From NCBI GenBank assembly GCA_963823655.1, contig CAWGMK010000007.1, positions 160,001-224,000 of the forward strand: a stretch of 64,000 nucleotides of DNA, written 5' to 3'. The notes below the pieces were generated by a model, which saw nothing but the letters and a program-made list of their open reading frames with translations, made no database searches and was not told where the DNA came from. This DNA comes from an uncultured Bacillota bacterium (GTDB taxonomy: Bacteria; Bacillota; DTU025; MWDF01). This document shows positions 1-10,798 of the stretch, in pieces (the first letter of the stretch is position 1; each line of letters starts with the position of its first letter). The position numbers and the translations under genes were made by a program.

Positions 1-3000
1 TCCGCTGGACGCCGTGGCCAAGCTGATAGCGCTGGGCTACGAGAGGGTGGACAGGTGCGAGGGCGAGGCGCAGGTGAGCTTCAAAGGGGGAGTCCTGGAC
101 ATCTCACCGGCAGGATCCGACTGCGCGATAAGGGCGGAGTTCTTCGGCGACGACATAGAATCCTTAAGATGCTTCGACCCCGAGACCCAACGCTCGGTGG
201 GAAAGCTTGAAAGGGCGACAATCGCGCCGGCAAGGGAGATGTGCCTGGATAGCAAGACGCTTCTTGCAGGCATGGAACGCATAAGGGGGGCGCTTGAGAG
301 CGCAAGGCAGGATGCGCTCTCCTTCCACGACGCCAAATCCAGAATCGATGCCGTGGAGGGCCTTGCCGAAAGGGTAGAAAAGCACCTCCAGAAGCTTGAG
401 GATACCGGCAGATTCGACAACGACGAGCAATACATCGGCTATTTCTTCCCCAAGCCCTCGTCCATACTAGATTACGCAGGCGGGCAGCTTCTGGTCATTG
501 ATGAGCCCGAAAGGTCCCATAACAGCCTCAAAGGCTATGACCGCGATGCTTCCGAGACCTATGCCAGCTTCGCTGAGCAGGGGCTCGTGCTTCCCGGCAA
601 CATGGGGGCTCATCTTGGCGCCGGTTTCGTTGAGCTTGAGTCCCAGCAGATGAGAAGAGTTGAGCTCACAGCCGCCCCTGCGCAAGAGGAGGGGCCGAGC
701 GACGTCCGTGAAGTGATGATGAGCATGCGCGAGCCCGCGTTCAAATCGGGGGACATCGCCGGCATCATCAAGGAAGTGGACAAAGCAAGGCGGCGCGGCT
801 TTGCAATAGTAATCGCGGCTTCCACCCCCGAGAGGGCAGAGCGGCTTAAAGCGGCCTTCCTGGACGCTGATTCTATGGCCATGCGGGAAGAGTGGCATGA
901 GCTGGTACCGTCCCAAGGCGCCATAAAGATAACGGTTGCAGAGATATCGTCGGGCTTCATCTCCAATCCGGCAAGGCTGATGCTGCTTACCGACACCGAG
1001 TTCTTCGGCACGAGCAAGAAGAAAAAGAGCTACAAACAATTCTCAGAAGGCGCCAAAATCTCAAGCTACAAGGACCTTTCTCCCGGCGATTACGTAGTCC
1101 ACCAGAGCCACGGCATCGGCCGCTATATCGAGATGAAGCCCATGCAGGCGCTTGGCGTAACAAGGGACTACATGGTTGTGGAGTACGCGGGCGGCGGCAA
1201 GATCTTCGTTCCGACCGAGCATGTGGCGGCCCTGCAGAAGTACATCGGCGGCGAGGATGCGGTGCCTAAGCTCAGCAAGCTTGGCGGGCTGGAGTGGACC
1301 AAGGCCAAGGACAAGGCCGGAAAGGCCGTGCGCGAGATAGCCGAGGAGCTGGTGCGACTCTATGCTTCGAGGCTTGCGGCGAAAGCCAAGGCATGCGGGC
1401 CGGACCAGCCATGGCAGGCGGACTTCGAGGACCGCTTCCCATACGACGAGACCCCGGACCAGCTGGAAGCGGTAAGGGCGACCAAAGAGGACCTTCAGCA
1501 GGAGCACCCTATGGACAGGCTAGTGTGCGGGGACGTCGGCTTCGGCAAGACCGAGGTGGCGTTGCGGGCCGCCTTCAAGATGGCGGCAGAGGGCAGGCAG
1601 GTTGCGGTCCTCGCCCCCACCACTATACTTTCCTACCAGCATTACAACACTTTCAAGGAGAGATTCGAGGGCTTCCCGGTGAAGGTGGCGCTATTGTCCC
1701 GGCTAACCAAGCAGGAGGATGAGAAAGCCATACTCAAGGAGGTCTCAAACGGCCTCGTCGACATAGCGGTGGGCACCCACCGCCTGCTTTCGAAGGATGT
1801 AAACTTCCGCGACCTGGGGCTTCTAGTCGTGGACGAGGAGCAGCGTTTCGGAGTCGAGCAGAAGGAACGCCTCAAGATGATGCGAAACGACGTGCATGTG
1901 TTGACGTTAACGGCTACTCCCATCCCCCGTACGATGCACATGTCCATGGTGGGGGCGAGGGATATGAGCCTCATCGGCACGCCTCCCGAGAACCGCTTTC
2001 CTATCAGGACTTACGTCACTGAGTACGACGATAAGATGATCAGGGAGGCAATATTAAGGGAGATCGACCGAGGCGGCCAGATATTCTACGTGCACAACAG
2101 GGTCAAGAGCATAAACCAGGTCGCGGAGGAGCTTTCGGGCCTGATACCGGAGGCAAGGATAGAGGTCGCCCACGGCCAGATGAACGAGGAGAGGCTGGAA
2201 GCCATAATCATGAGCTTCCTCAGGCACGAGTTCGACATACTGGTGTGCACAACCATCATCGAGGCGGGCATGGACATGCCCAATGTGAACACTTTGGTCG
2301 TCAACGACGCGGACAAGTTCGGCCTTGCCCAGCTGTATCAGCTAAGAGGCCGCGTAGGGCGATCAAGCAGGGTGGCCTACGCCTATTTGACATACAAGAG
2401 GGACAACATCCTCTCGGAGGCGGCCGACAAGAGGCTGGCAGCAATCAGGGAGTTTTCTACGCTTGGCTCCGGATACAGGATAGCTATGAGGGACCTGGAG
2501 ATTAGAGGCGCCGGCAACCTCCTGGGCAGGGAGCAGAGCGGGCACATCGCCTCGGTAGGCTTCGAGATGTACTCGGCCATGCTAGAGGAGGCGGTGCGAG
2601 AGCTAAAGGGCGAGAGGCCTTCGCTGCAGCCGGCGAGCGTTTCGATAGAGCTGCCGCTGGACGCCTACATCCCGTCTTCCTACATACAAGACCAGGCGGA
2701 GAAGATAGAAGTGTACAGGAAGATAAACACGATAGTGACGGCCGAGGAGGCAAAAGAGCTCGCAGACGAGCTAGCCGACAGGTTCGGAAGGCTGCCCAAG
2801 GAAGTTTTGAACCTAATTGCGGTGGCGGAGCTGAAGGCGATGGCAAGGTCCGCCTACATCGGCAGCATCTCCATGGAATATGAAGACAGGGGGGAGCCCC
2901 TGTTATCGCTTTGAGGTATGTGGACGGAGTGAAGCTCAACAGCGATAAAGATGCGGAAAGGTTGGCCGGGCTCTTCACGGGCATCATGCCAAAGCCCCTG

Positions 3001-3465
3001 TCGTCGACCGCTCCTATTTGGGTAAGATACGAGAAGATGAGCTCAGAGGAGCTAATAGGCACGCTGAAGTCGGTAATCAGGGAAGTCGGCAGGACATTCT
3101 TGAGGGATCTAACCTTCATTGACAACATGAGAGCGGGAGAGAGCCAAGATGAGGCGGTAAAGAAGGCGGCGGGGATCCTCGGCATAAAGATCCTTGAGGG
3201 CAAAGCGGCTGAGGCGGCAAAGGCCGAGGCCAGGAAGAATGCGCAGAAGGGGCCGAAGGCCGGCCCACGATATGATGCGCCTGAGCTTGCGCCTTCCCCC
3301 GCTACTGCCGCAGCGCCTGTCGCGGCATCTGCCAAGATACCTTCCACAGAAACGGCGAAGGCTTCGACGGTAAAGTCCGCGCAGCAGGCGGCACAGCAGG
3401 TGCCCTACAACAAGAAGCTGAGGCTTGCGGTCCAGAAAGAGCCGGAGAGACCCAAGGGCAAGTAG
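1..3465 (+). CDS. mfd: Transcription-repair coupling factor; 5' end lies outside the window; C-terminus split by an apparent frameshift at the G6 run 2889-2894 (ORFs 14-2914 and 2911-3465)
   Basis: RID/CarD-like GDYVVHQSHGIG; RecG-like helicase motifs CGDVGFGKTEVA, VVDEEQRFGV, TATPIPRT, QLRGRVGRS, RDLEIRGAGNLLG; TRCF domain LPLDAYIPSSYI. The downstream frame reads GAPVIALRYVDG from the G-run. Confidence 0.95.
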
Positions 3466-3523
3466 ATGGTAAAATATTGGTCTGTGCTGCCGAAACGGTT
3501 GGCGGACGAGGCCTTAAACGGGA

Positions 3524-5092
3524 ATGATTGGAGCGGAAATTATGGGAAAAGGCATGATCAGGATAATCGGTATGGGACCGGGCCCCAGAAAACTAATAGC
3601 GCCAGCTTCCATAGATGAGGCCAGGTGCTGCGACGTGGTTTTCATCAGGACATTGAGACATCCTGCATCCAAGGCTTTCGAGGAGCTTGGCCTGGGTACG
3701 AAGCTCGTCTCTTTCGATGCGCTTTATGACAAGTCGGAAAGCTTCGAGCTGGCCTATGAGGCGATGGCCGAAGCTGTGCTGAATGAGGCCCGGAGCGGAA
3801 AAGATGTGGCTTATATTGTCCCCGGAAGCCCTGCTGCTGGCGAGGTTGCGGTGCGGGAGATAATAAAGGGCGCGACTGAATTGGGCATTCCCGTAAGGAC
3901 GGTACAGGGAATGAGCTTCATAGACGCTTGCTGCCTTGCTGTAGGCTGCGACAGCCTTGTGGACGGCCTTGTCGTGATGGGGGCCTTCAGGCTCGATGAG
4001 CAGTGGCCCAAATCGTCCACAGGGGGCAGGTTGCCTTTCGCCGTCCCGCTTCTCATTGGAGAGGTATATGACAGGATGATGGCTGGTCTTGTGAAGCTTG
4101 CGATAGCGGATGCATACGGCGACGAGCACAGAATCAAGATCATCACGGCGGCCGGAGACATGGAGGGCCTCTCGGTAAGGGAGGTTCCTGCATATGAGCT
4201 GGACAGGCTGGATGGGTTCGACCACCTGACATCTGTGTATGTCCCGAGGAAGGCAGAGGCCGAAGCCGCGCGCCCTGCCGCCTGGCCCGCCGACAGGATA
4301 GTCGACATCATGGCAAGGCTTAGAGGCGACGACGGCTGCCCGTGGGACAAGAAGCAGGATTTGAAAAGCTTAAGGCCATATGTGCTGGAGGAGGCCTATG
4401 AGGTGGCCGAGGCCATAGACGAGGGCGACATGGACCATCTCTGCGAGGAGCTTGGGGACCTGCTCCTTCAAGTAGTATTCCAGGCAAGGCTTGCCCAGGA
4501 GGATGGGCATTTCGATTTCACAGACGTGGTTGACGCCATCTCCGAGAAGCTCATAAGGCGCCACCCACATATCTTCTCCGATGTCGAAGCCGATACGCCG
4601 GAGAAAGTGCTAAGAAACTGGGAGTACATAAAGCAGCAGGAGAAGGCCGCAAAGGCTCAGAAGGCGGGAGTTAAAACTTCCAATGGCGAGGAGGGTGAGC
4701 CGTCTCTGCTTGAAGGGATAGCCAATTCGCTGCCGGCGCTGTGGTATTCCTCCAAGATGCAGGACAAGGCCGCCAGGGTGGGCTTCGACTGGAAGACGCC
4801 CGAACAGGCGATGGTTAAAGTGCATGAGGAGATTGCGGAGGTCGAGGCGGTGCTCACCGGTCCGCACGAAGAGCTTGAAGAGGAGATTGGGGACCTGCTG
4901 TTCGCAGTTGTCAACGTAGCCAGGCTTGCGAAAATCGACGCCGAGGCCGCTGCGAAGAAGACCGCCGCCAAGTTCAAGAGGCGATTCATGTACATAGAGG
5001 CGGAAGTAGCCATGTTGGGCGAGAAGATAGAGGATATGGGCCTTGAGAGGCTGGATGCGCTCTGGAACGAGGCAAAATCAAAGGGGATATAA
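3524..5092 (+). CDS. mazG: YabN-type tetrapyrrole-methylase-like/MazG nucleoside triphosphate pyrophosphohydrolase (start may be 3542)
   Basis: N-terminal IIGMGPG...RTLRHP...VPGSP; MazG motifs GCPWDKKQ, EEAYEV, EELGDLLLQV, KLIRRHPHIF, EEEIGDLLF; lies downstream of mfd. Confidence 0.93.
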   Translation: MIGAEIMGKGMIRIIGMGPGPRKLIAPASIDEARCCDVVFIRTLRHPASKAFEELGLGTKLVSFDALYDKSESFELAYEAMAEAVLNEARSGKDVAYIVPGSPAAGEVAVREIIKGATELGIPVRTVQGMSFIDACCLAVGCDSLVDGLVVMGAFRLDEQWPKSSTGGRLPFAVPLLIGEVYDRMMAGLVKLAIADAYGDEHRIKIITAAGDMEGLSVREVPAYELDRLDGFDHLTSVYVPRKAEAEAARPAAWPADRIVDIMARLRGDDGCPWDKKQDLKSLRPYVLEEAYEVAEAIDEGDMDHLCEELGDLLLQVVFQARLAQEDGHFDFTDVVDAISEKLIRRHPHIFSDVEADTPEKVLRNWEYIKQQEKAAKAQKAGVKTSNGEEGEPSLLEGIANSLPALWYSSKMQDKAARVGFDWKTPEQAMVKVHEEIAEVEAVLTGPHEELEEEIGDLLFAVVNVARLAKIDAEAAAKKTAAKFKRRFMYIEAEVAMLGEKIEDMGLERLDALWNEAKSKGI

Positions 5093-5111
5093 CCGGAGGA
5101 TGCCAAATGTG

Positions 5112-5148
5112 AAGGCGCGGAGCTTGCCAATCGAGCCCCGCGCCTTTT
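5112..5148 (+). terminator. Intrinsic terminator between convergent mazG and the ABC permease gene
   Basis: AAGGCGCGG...CCGCGCCTT stem followed by T-run. Confidence 0.65.
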
Positions 5149-5177
5149 CCTAGACAGTCATCTTAAAGCCAAGGCAT

Positions 5178-5976
5178 CTATAATGCCATGTCTCGCCTGC
5201 TGAAAATTGCCACCCCCGCAATATACGCCGCCGCGGCAATCACAAGAAGCACAATCCCCTGAACCATAGTAGATGAGCCGCTCATTATCCTCTCGGTGTC
5301 ATAAAGCGAGAATATCGTAAAATTCTTGAGCCAGGCCAGCTTGTCACCTACATTGGACAGCATATGTATGACATAGAAGCCGAGAGGTATGCCTGAGCCC
5401 AGTGCCGATGACACTTTAGCCTCGTCGAAAGAGCAAGAACACAGGAAGCAAATTCCTGAAATCGCCAAAAACAGGAAGAAAGCGTTGTAATTCAGAATTC
5501 CAATACTTGGCTGTCTCCAAAAGCCCCGGGAAGCTGGCCTCGCAGAATGCATAGCCTCCTATCGCCACAAGGCCGAACAGCAAGCCCAGGCTAATCACCA
5601 GGAACAGCGCCTGTGTGGATGCTATTCGGGATCTTTTCATGGGGCAGGAGAGTAAATACGACATGGAACCCCTGTCCACATACTTGGATATAAGCCTGCC
5701 GGAAAGCACGATGCTATAAATCATGGGGAACATCAGGATTATAAAGCCGAAGTAATAGCTGGCCATGAAGTCAGTTAGCGTTGAGCCCAGGTCATCGAAG
5801 CCCATTGCAGACAGAAGCTGCTTGGGCATCGAGGCTAACAGGTCTTTCATGGCATCCATGCTGGCCGGGTCGTACATCATTGAAATGACCGACATGTACA
5901 TCAGCATGATGGCCAAAATCACAGAGAACAGGAACCAGTTGGATTTGATGTCGAGCTTTATCAGCGGCCGGTTCAT
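5178..5976 (-). CDS. ABC-2 type exporter permease, split by one frameshift near 5497 (ORFs 5416-5976 and 5178-5552)
   Basis: Multiple TM segments, VDRGSMSYLLSCPMKRS motif, C-terminal FSRRDMAL; overlaps the upstream ATPase stop. Confidence 0.8.
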
Positions 5977-6857
5977 CTTGCCACCTCCTTCCCGTAATAC
6001 TTGAGGAACACCTGTTCAAGGTCCTTTCCTCCGACATACAGCCCCCGGACGTCGCATTTCGCAAGCGCCCTGAAGAAAGTGTTGAAATCCCCTGTCACGG
6101 CCACTTCCAGCTGTCCGTCGTTCTCGCGCAGAATTTCTATTCCAGCCGCCCTCAGCACTTCAGCGCTTTCACGGTCGCCGAGCGACACGATGTACCCGGT
6201 CCTCTGCTCGGCCCTGAGCTTAGCCATCTCCTGCACAGCTACCAGCTTGCCCTCCCTCAGGATGGCGGCCCTGTCGCATGATCGAGCGACCTCCTCGAAG
6301 TTGTGGGAGGACATGAAGAACGTCTTTCCGCGCTTCTTCTCATCGAGAACCAGCTCTATGAATTTGTTCTGCATCAGAGGGTCAAGGCCGCTGGTGGGTT
6401 CGTCCAGTATGTACGCCGCAGGGTCGTGGGCGAAAGCTGCGATTATTGCAAGCTTCTGCCTGGTACCCTTCGACATCCTCCTGATTCTGCCGGAAAGGTC
6501 CATGTCGAACCGGTCACATAGCTCCCGGGCCCTTGCGCCAAGGCGGACGCCTCGCATCTCGAGCATGAACTTCAGGAAAGCTTCCCCCGTCATCTCGTCG
6601 AAAAGTGCGATTTCACCCGGCAGGAATCCAAGGTCCTTCTTTATGGCAGCCGCATCTTTCCAGCAGTCCAGCCCGTTTATGCTGGAGCTTCCGGAATCGG
6701 GCTTCATGAAGCCCATTAGAAGCCTGATTGTTGTCGTCTTGCCGGAGCCGTTGGGCCCTAGATAGCCGAAAGCCTCGCCCTGTTTAATGGAGAAGTCGAG
6801 CCCGAAGACGCCTTTGCCGCCCTTGTAAGTCATGGAAAGACCCATGGCCTCTATCAA
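5973..6857 (-). CDS. ABC exporter ATP-binding protein
   Basis: Walker A GPNGSGKTT, signature MSKGTRQK, Walker B YILDEPTSGLD, H-loop SSH. Confidence 0.92.
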   Translation of the reverse strand: MIEAMGLSMTYKGGKGVFGLDFSIKQGEAFGYLGPNGSGKTTTIRLLMGFMKPDSGSSSINGLDCWKDAAAIKKDLGFLPGEIALFDEMTGEAFLKFMLEMRGVRLGARARELCDRFDMDLSGRIRRMSKGTRQKLAIIAAFAHDPAAYILDEPTSGLDPLMQNKFIELVLDEKKRGKTFFMSSHNFEEVARSCDRAAILREGKLVAVQEMAKLRAEQRTGYIVSLGDRESAEVLRAAGIEILRENDGQLEVAVTGDFNTFFRALAKCDVRGLYVGGKDLEQVFLKYYGKEVAR

Positions 6858-7060
6858 AATGCAACACCTCCGACGTAAATGTGCGGATAATATGATACAA
6901 GTATTCTACACCGCAGTCGGCATAAGCGCAGAACATCATTGCCGGCGCCCTAATAATCCATTGAGGATTAGATGCTGACATCAACGCATTCCAAGGGTTT
7001 ATAATAAATAAAGTATGGGATTTGAATCGCACCTGTTTTTAGAATCGGAGGGCTAAGCGC

Positions 7061-7943
7061 ATGTTCGGACGCAGCAAGGATAGAAGGGCCATGAGGGCGA
7101 AGTACGGTTCCGTCGCACAGAGGCGGCCGGCCGCAATACTCGCTGTTATCGGGCATTTTCTTGCAGCGCCCTTCATTATGCTTGGAGCTATTATTTCGGG
7201 CAGCATCGTGCCCGGCCGCAGGCACATAGTCTCCGTTCTTATAATGCTGATGGCAGCGGTCGCGTTCTCATGGGCGGGCAGCTTCATCGTAGACGGCTGG
7301 ATGGACGACAACCTTGAGGCTCTTGGCAGGTATGACGAGGCGCTAATTGAAGTCAGGGACATACCTTTTGCGGACGTAATCAACCTGGAATCGGTCCGCG
7401 CGGGCGTGGACCCGGCCCTTGTTGCGGCTATGATCTCACAGCACAGTGGCTGGAAGTCCGAAAGCGTGTCATGGCGGGGCGGGCGCGGGCTCATGAACGT
7501 CACCCCTTCGGTCTGGAGGCAGTTCAATCCCGAGGCAAAGTGCGCGGGCGAGCATGCCCCGCCCAAATGCGGGGACGATTGCATCTATGATGTGGAACTT
7601 AACCTCAGGACCGGCGCGTCCTATCTGAGGAATGTCATAGACATGTACGGCGGGCGAATAACGGTGGCCCTTGCAGCTTACGCAAGCGGCATAGATTATG
7701 TTGAGGCGTATGATGCGGCAGGCGGCGAGGGAGAGCCTCCGGCACCGGCATTTCAGCGAATACTACGGCACTTTGCGGCAGGTGCTCACTTTCTGGCGTG
7801 AGGCGCGCTCGGCAAAGGGCTCAGACGATGTTGCGGCAGCTTTAAGGCTTATGAGCATCAGGCGGATTTCAGGTTATGTGGCCCTGGCGCTTGCGGGTTT
7901 AACGCTTCTGTGGGCCGCGGTAAGATACAGACCGGGGGCGTAG
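7061..7943 (+). CDS. Membrane-anchored lytic-transglycosylase (SLT)-like protein with degenerate active-site motifs; frameshift near 7752 (ORFs 7061-7801 and 7698-7943)
   Basis: Two N-terminal TM helices, GVDPALVAAMISQHS, GGRGLMNV, NLRTGASYL, ALAAYASG; C-terminal TM helix in the second frame. Confidence 0.7.
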
Positions 7944-7951
7944 AGTAAAGA

Positions 7952-8254
7952 ATGGCAGACGACAAAAGGCGGGCAAAGCTGGAGAAGACCGGCTACATAG
8001 TAAGCATTACGATCATTGTGGTGTGCCTTCTGGGCATAACCATCTCCTCCATGTGGCGCCTTTCGGAGATAAAGAAAGAGACCGCCCTGCTTGAAGAGCA
8101 ACTGGCTTACTGGCAGGATAAGCTTGCGGAGATAGAAGTGGCGATCAAAGAGGCCACAAAGGACGAGACTGTCGAGAGGATAGCAAGGGAGAGGCTTGGC
8201 CTTGTAATGCCCGGCGAAACGGTCTACATGCCAAGGGAGAATGACGAGCAGTGA
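7952..8254 (+). CDS. divIC: Septum formation initiator DivIC/FtsB family
   Basis: TM helix, coiled coil, VERIARERLGLVMPGE; lies upstream of the S1 gene. Confidence 0.85.
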   Translation: MADDKRRAKLEKTGYIVSITIIVVCLLGITISSMWRLSEIKKETALLEEQLAYWQDKLAEIEVAIKEATKDETVERIARERLGLVMPGETVYMPRENDEQ

Positions 8255-8310
8255 TCGATCTTTTCGCAGGATACAAGTCCGATGGTTTGTAAAATAATAC
8301 ATATGAACGT

Positions 8311-8339
8311 TTGACTGCGTGGTATAGTTGGAATATAAT
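8311..8339 (+). promoter_or_regulatory. sigmaA-type promoter for the S1/DUF501 genes
   Basis: TTGACT-17 bp-TATAAT. Confidence 0.65.
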
Positions 8340-8382
8340 TGCGAGAAAGTGCGTATAATTATTAATTTTCTGGAGGGCTGAA

Positions 8383-8793
8383 TTGATGGTTCCGAACGTC
8401 GGTGACGTGATAAGCGGCAAAGTAACAGGCATTACGAAGTTCGGGGCCTTTGTGGATATCGGGGGCGGGCGCACCGGCATGGTGCATATATCCGAGATCG
8501 CCGATGAATATATTACGGAGATCGGGGACCACCTTCACATCGGGGATATCGTCAACGTGATGATCATAGGGATAAACGGCGAGAAGGTAGGGCTTTCAAT
8601 TAAGCAGACGCTGCCCAGCTTCGTACAGAGGCAGGAGGCCAGAAATCGGGCGAGGGATGCGGCTTCGATGGCGAATTTCGAGGACAAGCTTGCGAAATTC
8701 ATCAAGGACAGCGATGAGAGGCACTCCGACCTAAGAAAGAGCCAGGACTCCAAAAGGGGCGGAAGGGGCAGCCGAGGAAGCAGGATGTTCTAA
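8383..8793 (+). CDS. S1 RNA-binding domain protein (YabR-like)
   Basis: GKVTGITKFGAFV, GMVHISEIA, FEDKLAKFIKDSDER, RGGRG tail. Confidence 0.9.
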   Translation: MMVPNVGDVISGKVTGITKFGAFVDIGGGRTGMVHISEIADEYITEIGDHLHIGDIVNVMIIGINGEKVGLSIKQTLPSFVQRQEARNRARDAASMANFEDKLAKFIKDSDERHSDLRKSQDSKRGGRGSRGSRMF

Positions 8794-8855
8794 TAGGAAA
8801 AACAAATGCCGGACGCCTGGAAATAGGGTCCGGTTTTTATTTTAGAAGGGATTAA

Positions 8856-9416
8856 ATGAAAGCTTGGCTTGAGTGCGCAGACTGCAGATGCACAAAAGGA
8901 TCGGATATAGAAATGGCGAGACGGCAGCTGGGCAGGGAGCCTGAGGGCATGACAGGCGTCGCCGCCAGGTGTTCATACGGTGCGCCAGTGGTCCTTGTAT
9001 GCTCTCCGATAATTATCAGGGGCTCGGGGGCGGCGGAGCCTTTCCCAACCCTTTACTGGCTCTCATGCCCGCACCTTAAAGAGAGGGTTGGCTCATTGGA
9101 GGGCGGCCCCGCATTTCCAATGATCAGAAACATGATCAATGAAGACGCTTCGTTTAGAGAAGCACTTACAGAATCTTCGGACGCCTACAAAGCTAAAAGA
9201 CGCTTGCTATATGAAGGGCTGCAGAGCGAAGTAAAAGCTATGATTGGCGGCAAGGCGACCGAAGACCTGCTTGGCGCAGGGCCCGGGGGCGTTAAGGATC
9301 CCGTGAACCTCAAATGCCTGCATATACACCTTGCCAATTACCTGGCCGGCATGCAAGATCCTGTGGGGCTCGAAGTGGCCAGGATGCTAAAGAAGGAGCA
9401 GACGGATTCCAACTGA
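8856..9416 (+). CDS. DUF501 domain protein
   Basis: RQLGR, RCSYGAP, PFPTLYWLSCP, GG...LKCLHIHLA. Confidence 0.85.
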   Translation: MKAWLECADCRCTKGSDIEMARRQLGREPEGMTGVAARCSYGAPVVLVCSPIIIRGSGAAEPFPTLYWLSCPHLKERVGSLEGGPAFPMIRNMINEDASFREALTESSDAYKAKRRLLYEGLQSEVKAMIGGKATEDLLGAGPGGVKDPVNLKCLHIHLANYLAGMQDPVGLEVARMLKKEQTDSN

Positions 9417-9559
9417 AAAACACCACATAAATAGGCCCGTTTAATTAGTCCTAAATATCCCAATCCCCCTTCCATTCTGCCAAATAATTAGGATAATATA
9501 CAAATATAGGCATAGATACCGAGACGTCTCCAATCTGAGACCGGACCGGAGGATTTCTT

Positions 9560-10687
9560 ATGTTTGCCAGCTTCCGGCGAAAGGCAACTTTCACTGCCCT
9601 CCTTTCTTGTGCGATCATCGCGCTGCTTGGCTTCCAGGCGGCTGCATGGGGCGCGGAGCTGCATCTCTCCTGGACTTACCTGTATGCTTTGGGCAAAGGG
9701 TACGGCCATCAGGATTCATACCTGCTGGGAATGCTCAATTATGACATAGACATAGGGGATACCTCGTCGTTTCCCATCGCTGGAACGCCCGAATTCCATT
9801 TCGATTACATGAAAGAATCGAAAAGGACCGGAATAGACGCAAGGGACAAAATGGCCGTTAAGCACATCCTCGCCTCCTGGAAATGCGCTTTTGAAGGTGA
9901 TGACGAGGGCTTTCTATATAACACGGCGGCAGCTCTGCACCCTTTGCAGGACAAGGACGCTCACTTAGATAAAAGCATCCTCTACCATGCCTTCCATTTC
10001 ACTCTCGGAACCATAGTGTACGGCGATGGATGGTATTACAGCTGGCTTGACGATCCCTTCTCGGACAATGTGTTCACCAAGAAGATGAATCCCACCGTAT
10101 ATTCGGAAAGGGCAGTCAAAAGCCTTCGCAATACCGATTACGTTCTAGAAATACAAAAGCCCCTTTACGACTTGGTGAACTCCGAGAACAGGGCGGCGCT
10201 CGTTTCCGAGCTGATCGAAGGGTGGTCCGCGGACGCGGCAAAGGGCCTTGGTCTCGGATGGGATGAGGTTATTGCGGTGGCGGGCATAGGAGGCGGCATT
10301 GCATCGGATAAGTACACTGTGCCGGTGAGCAGATACTGCCATGATTACGACTTCGCAGAGATGGCGCAGGGCGGATCGGGGCTTGTTTCGGCCTCCGCCC
10401 CATCCGAAGGGGAGGGCGGCGAGGCACAAGTGCCCGAGGTTCGCACAAGCTTCTCCATTTTGGATGCCAACCTGGCGCTTGCGCTGGAAAGGTACATGGA
10501 AACATCCATTGCCGGGTTTTTCGAAATGAGGGCCGAGTGGGAGGACGCAATAGGGATCATCGACGAGGCGGACCCGATGGACTGCCTGGAGACAATAAGG
10601 GAAGTGTTCATAAAATCCGCTCAACGTGCCATCTGCAAGGCCTTGATTGAAGATGAGCTTGCTAAGCTAAAGCTTGAGGCCCGATGA
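9560..10687 (+). CDS. Secreted hypothetical protein with a Zn-dependent phospholipase C/P1-nuclease-like motif
   Basis: Signal peptide ending AAAWG; ALHPLQDKDAH motif; GGAGG RBS. Confidence 0.6.
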   Translation: MFASFRRKATFTALLSCAIIALLGFQAAAWGAELHLSWTYLYALGKGYGHQDSYLLGMLNYDIDIGDTSSFPIAGTPEFHFDYMKESKRTGIDARDKMAVKHILASWKCAFEGDDEGFLYNTAAALHPLQDKDAHLDKSILYHAFHFTLGTIVYGDGWYYSWLDDPFSDNVFTKKMNPTVYSERAVKSLRNTDYVLEIQKPLYDLVNSENRAALVSELIEGWSADAAKGLGLGWDEVIAVAGIGGGIASDKYTVPVSRYCHDYDFAEMAQGGSGLVSASAPSEGEGGEAQVPEVRTSFSILDANLALALERYMETSIAGFFEMRAEWEDAIGIIDEADPMDCLETIREVFIKSAQRAICKALIEDELAKLKLEAR

Positions 10688-10798
10688 CAGAAGCTGTGGC
10701 CCAATAAAAAGCGTTATGCTCCCATTCAAGACGGCGTTGATCGACTTTAACCGCCCTGAGAAGGAGCATATCAATAGGTAAGTATCCCGATCTTTGGC

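Noticed and set aside
2889-2894. Programmed frameshift or phase variation in mfd at the G6 run
   Set aside because: Similar indels hit many unrelated genes here, so assembly error is the simpler explanation.
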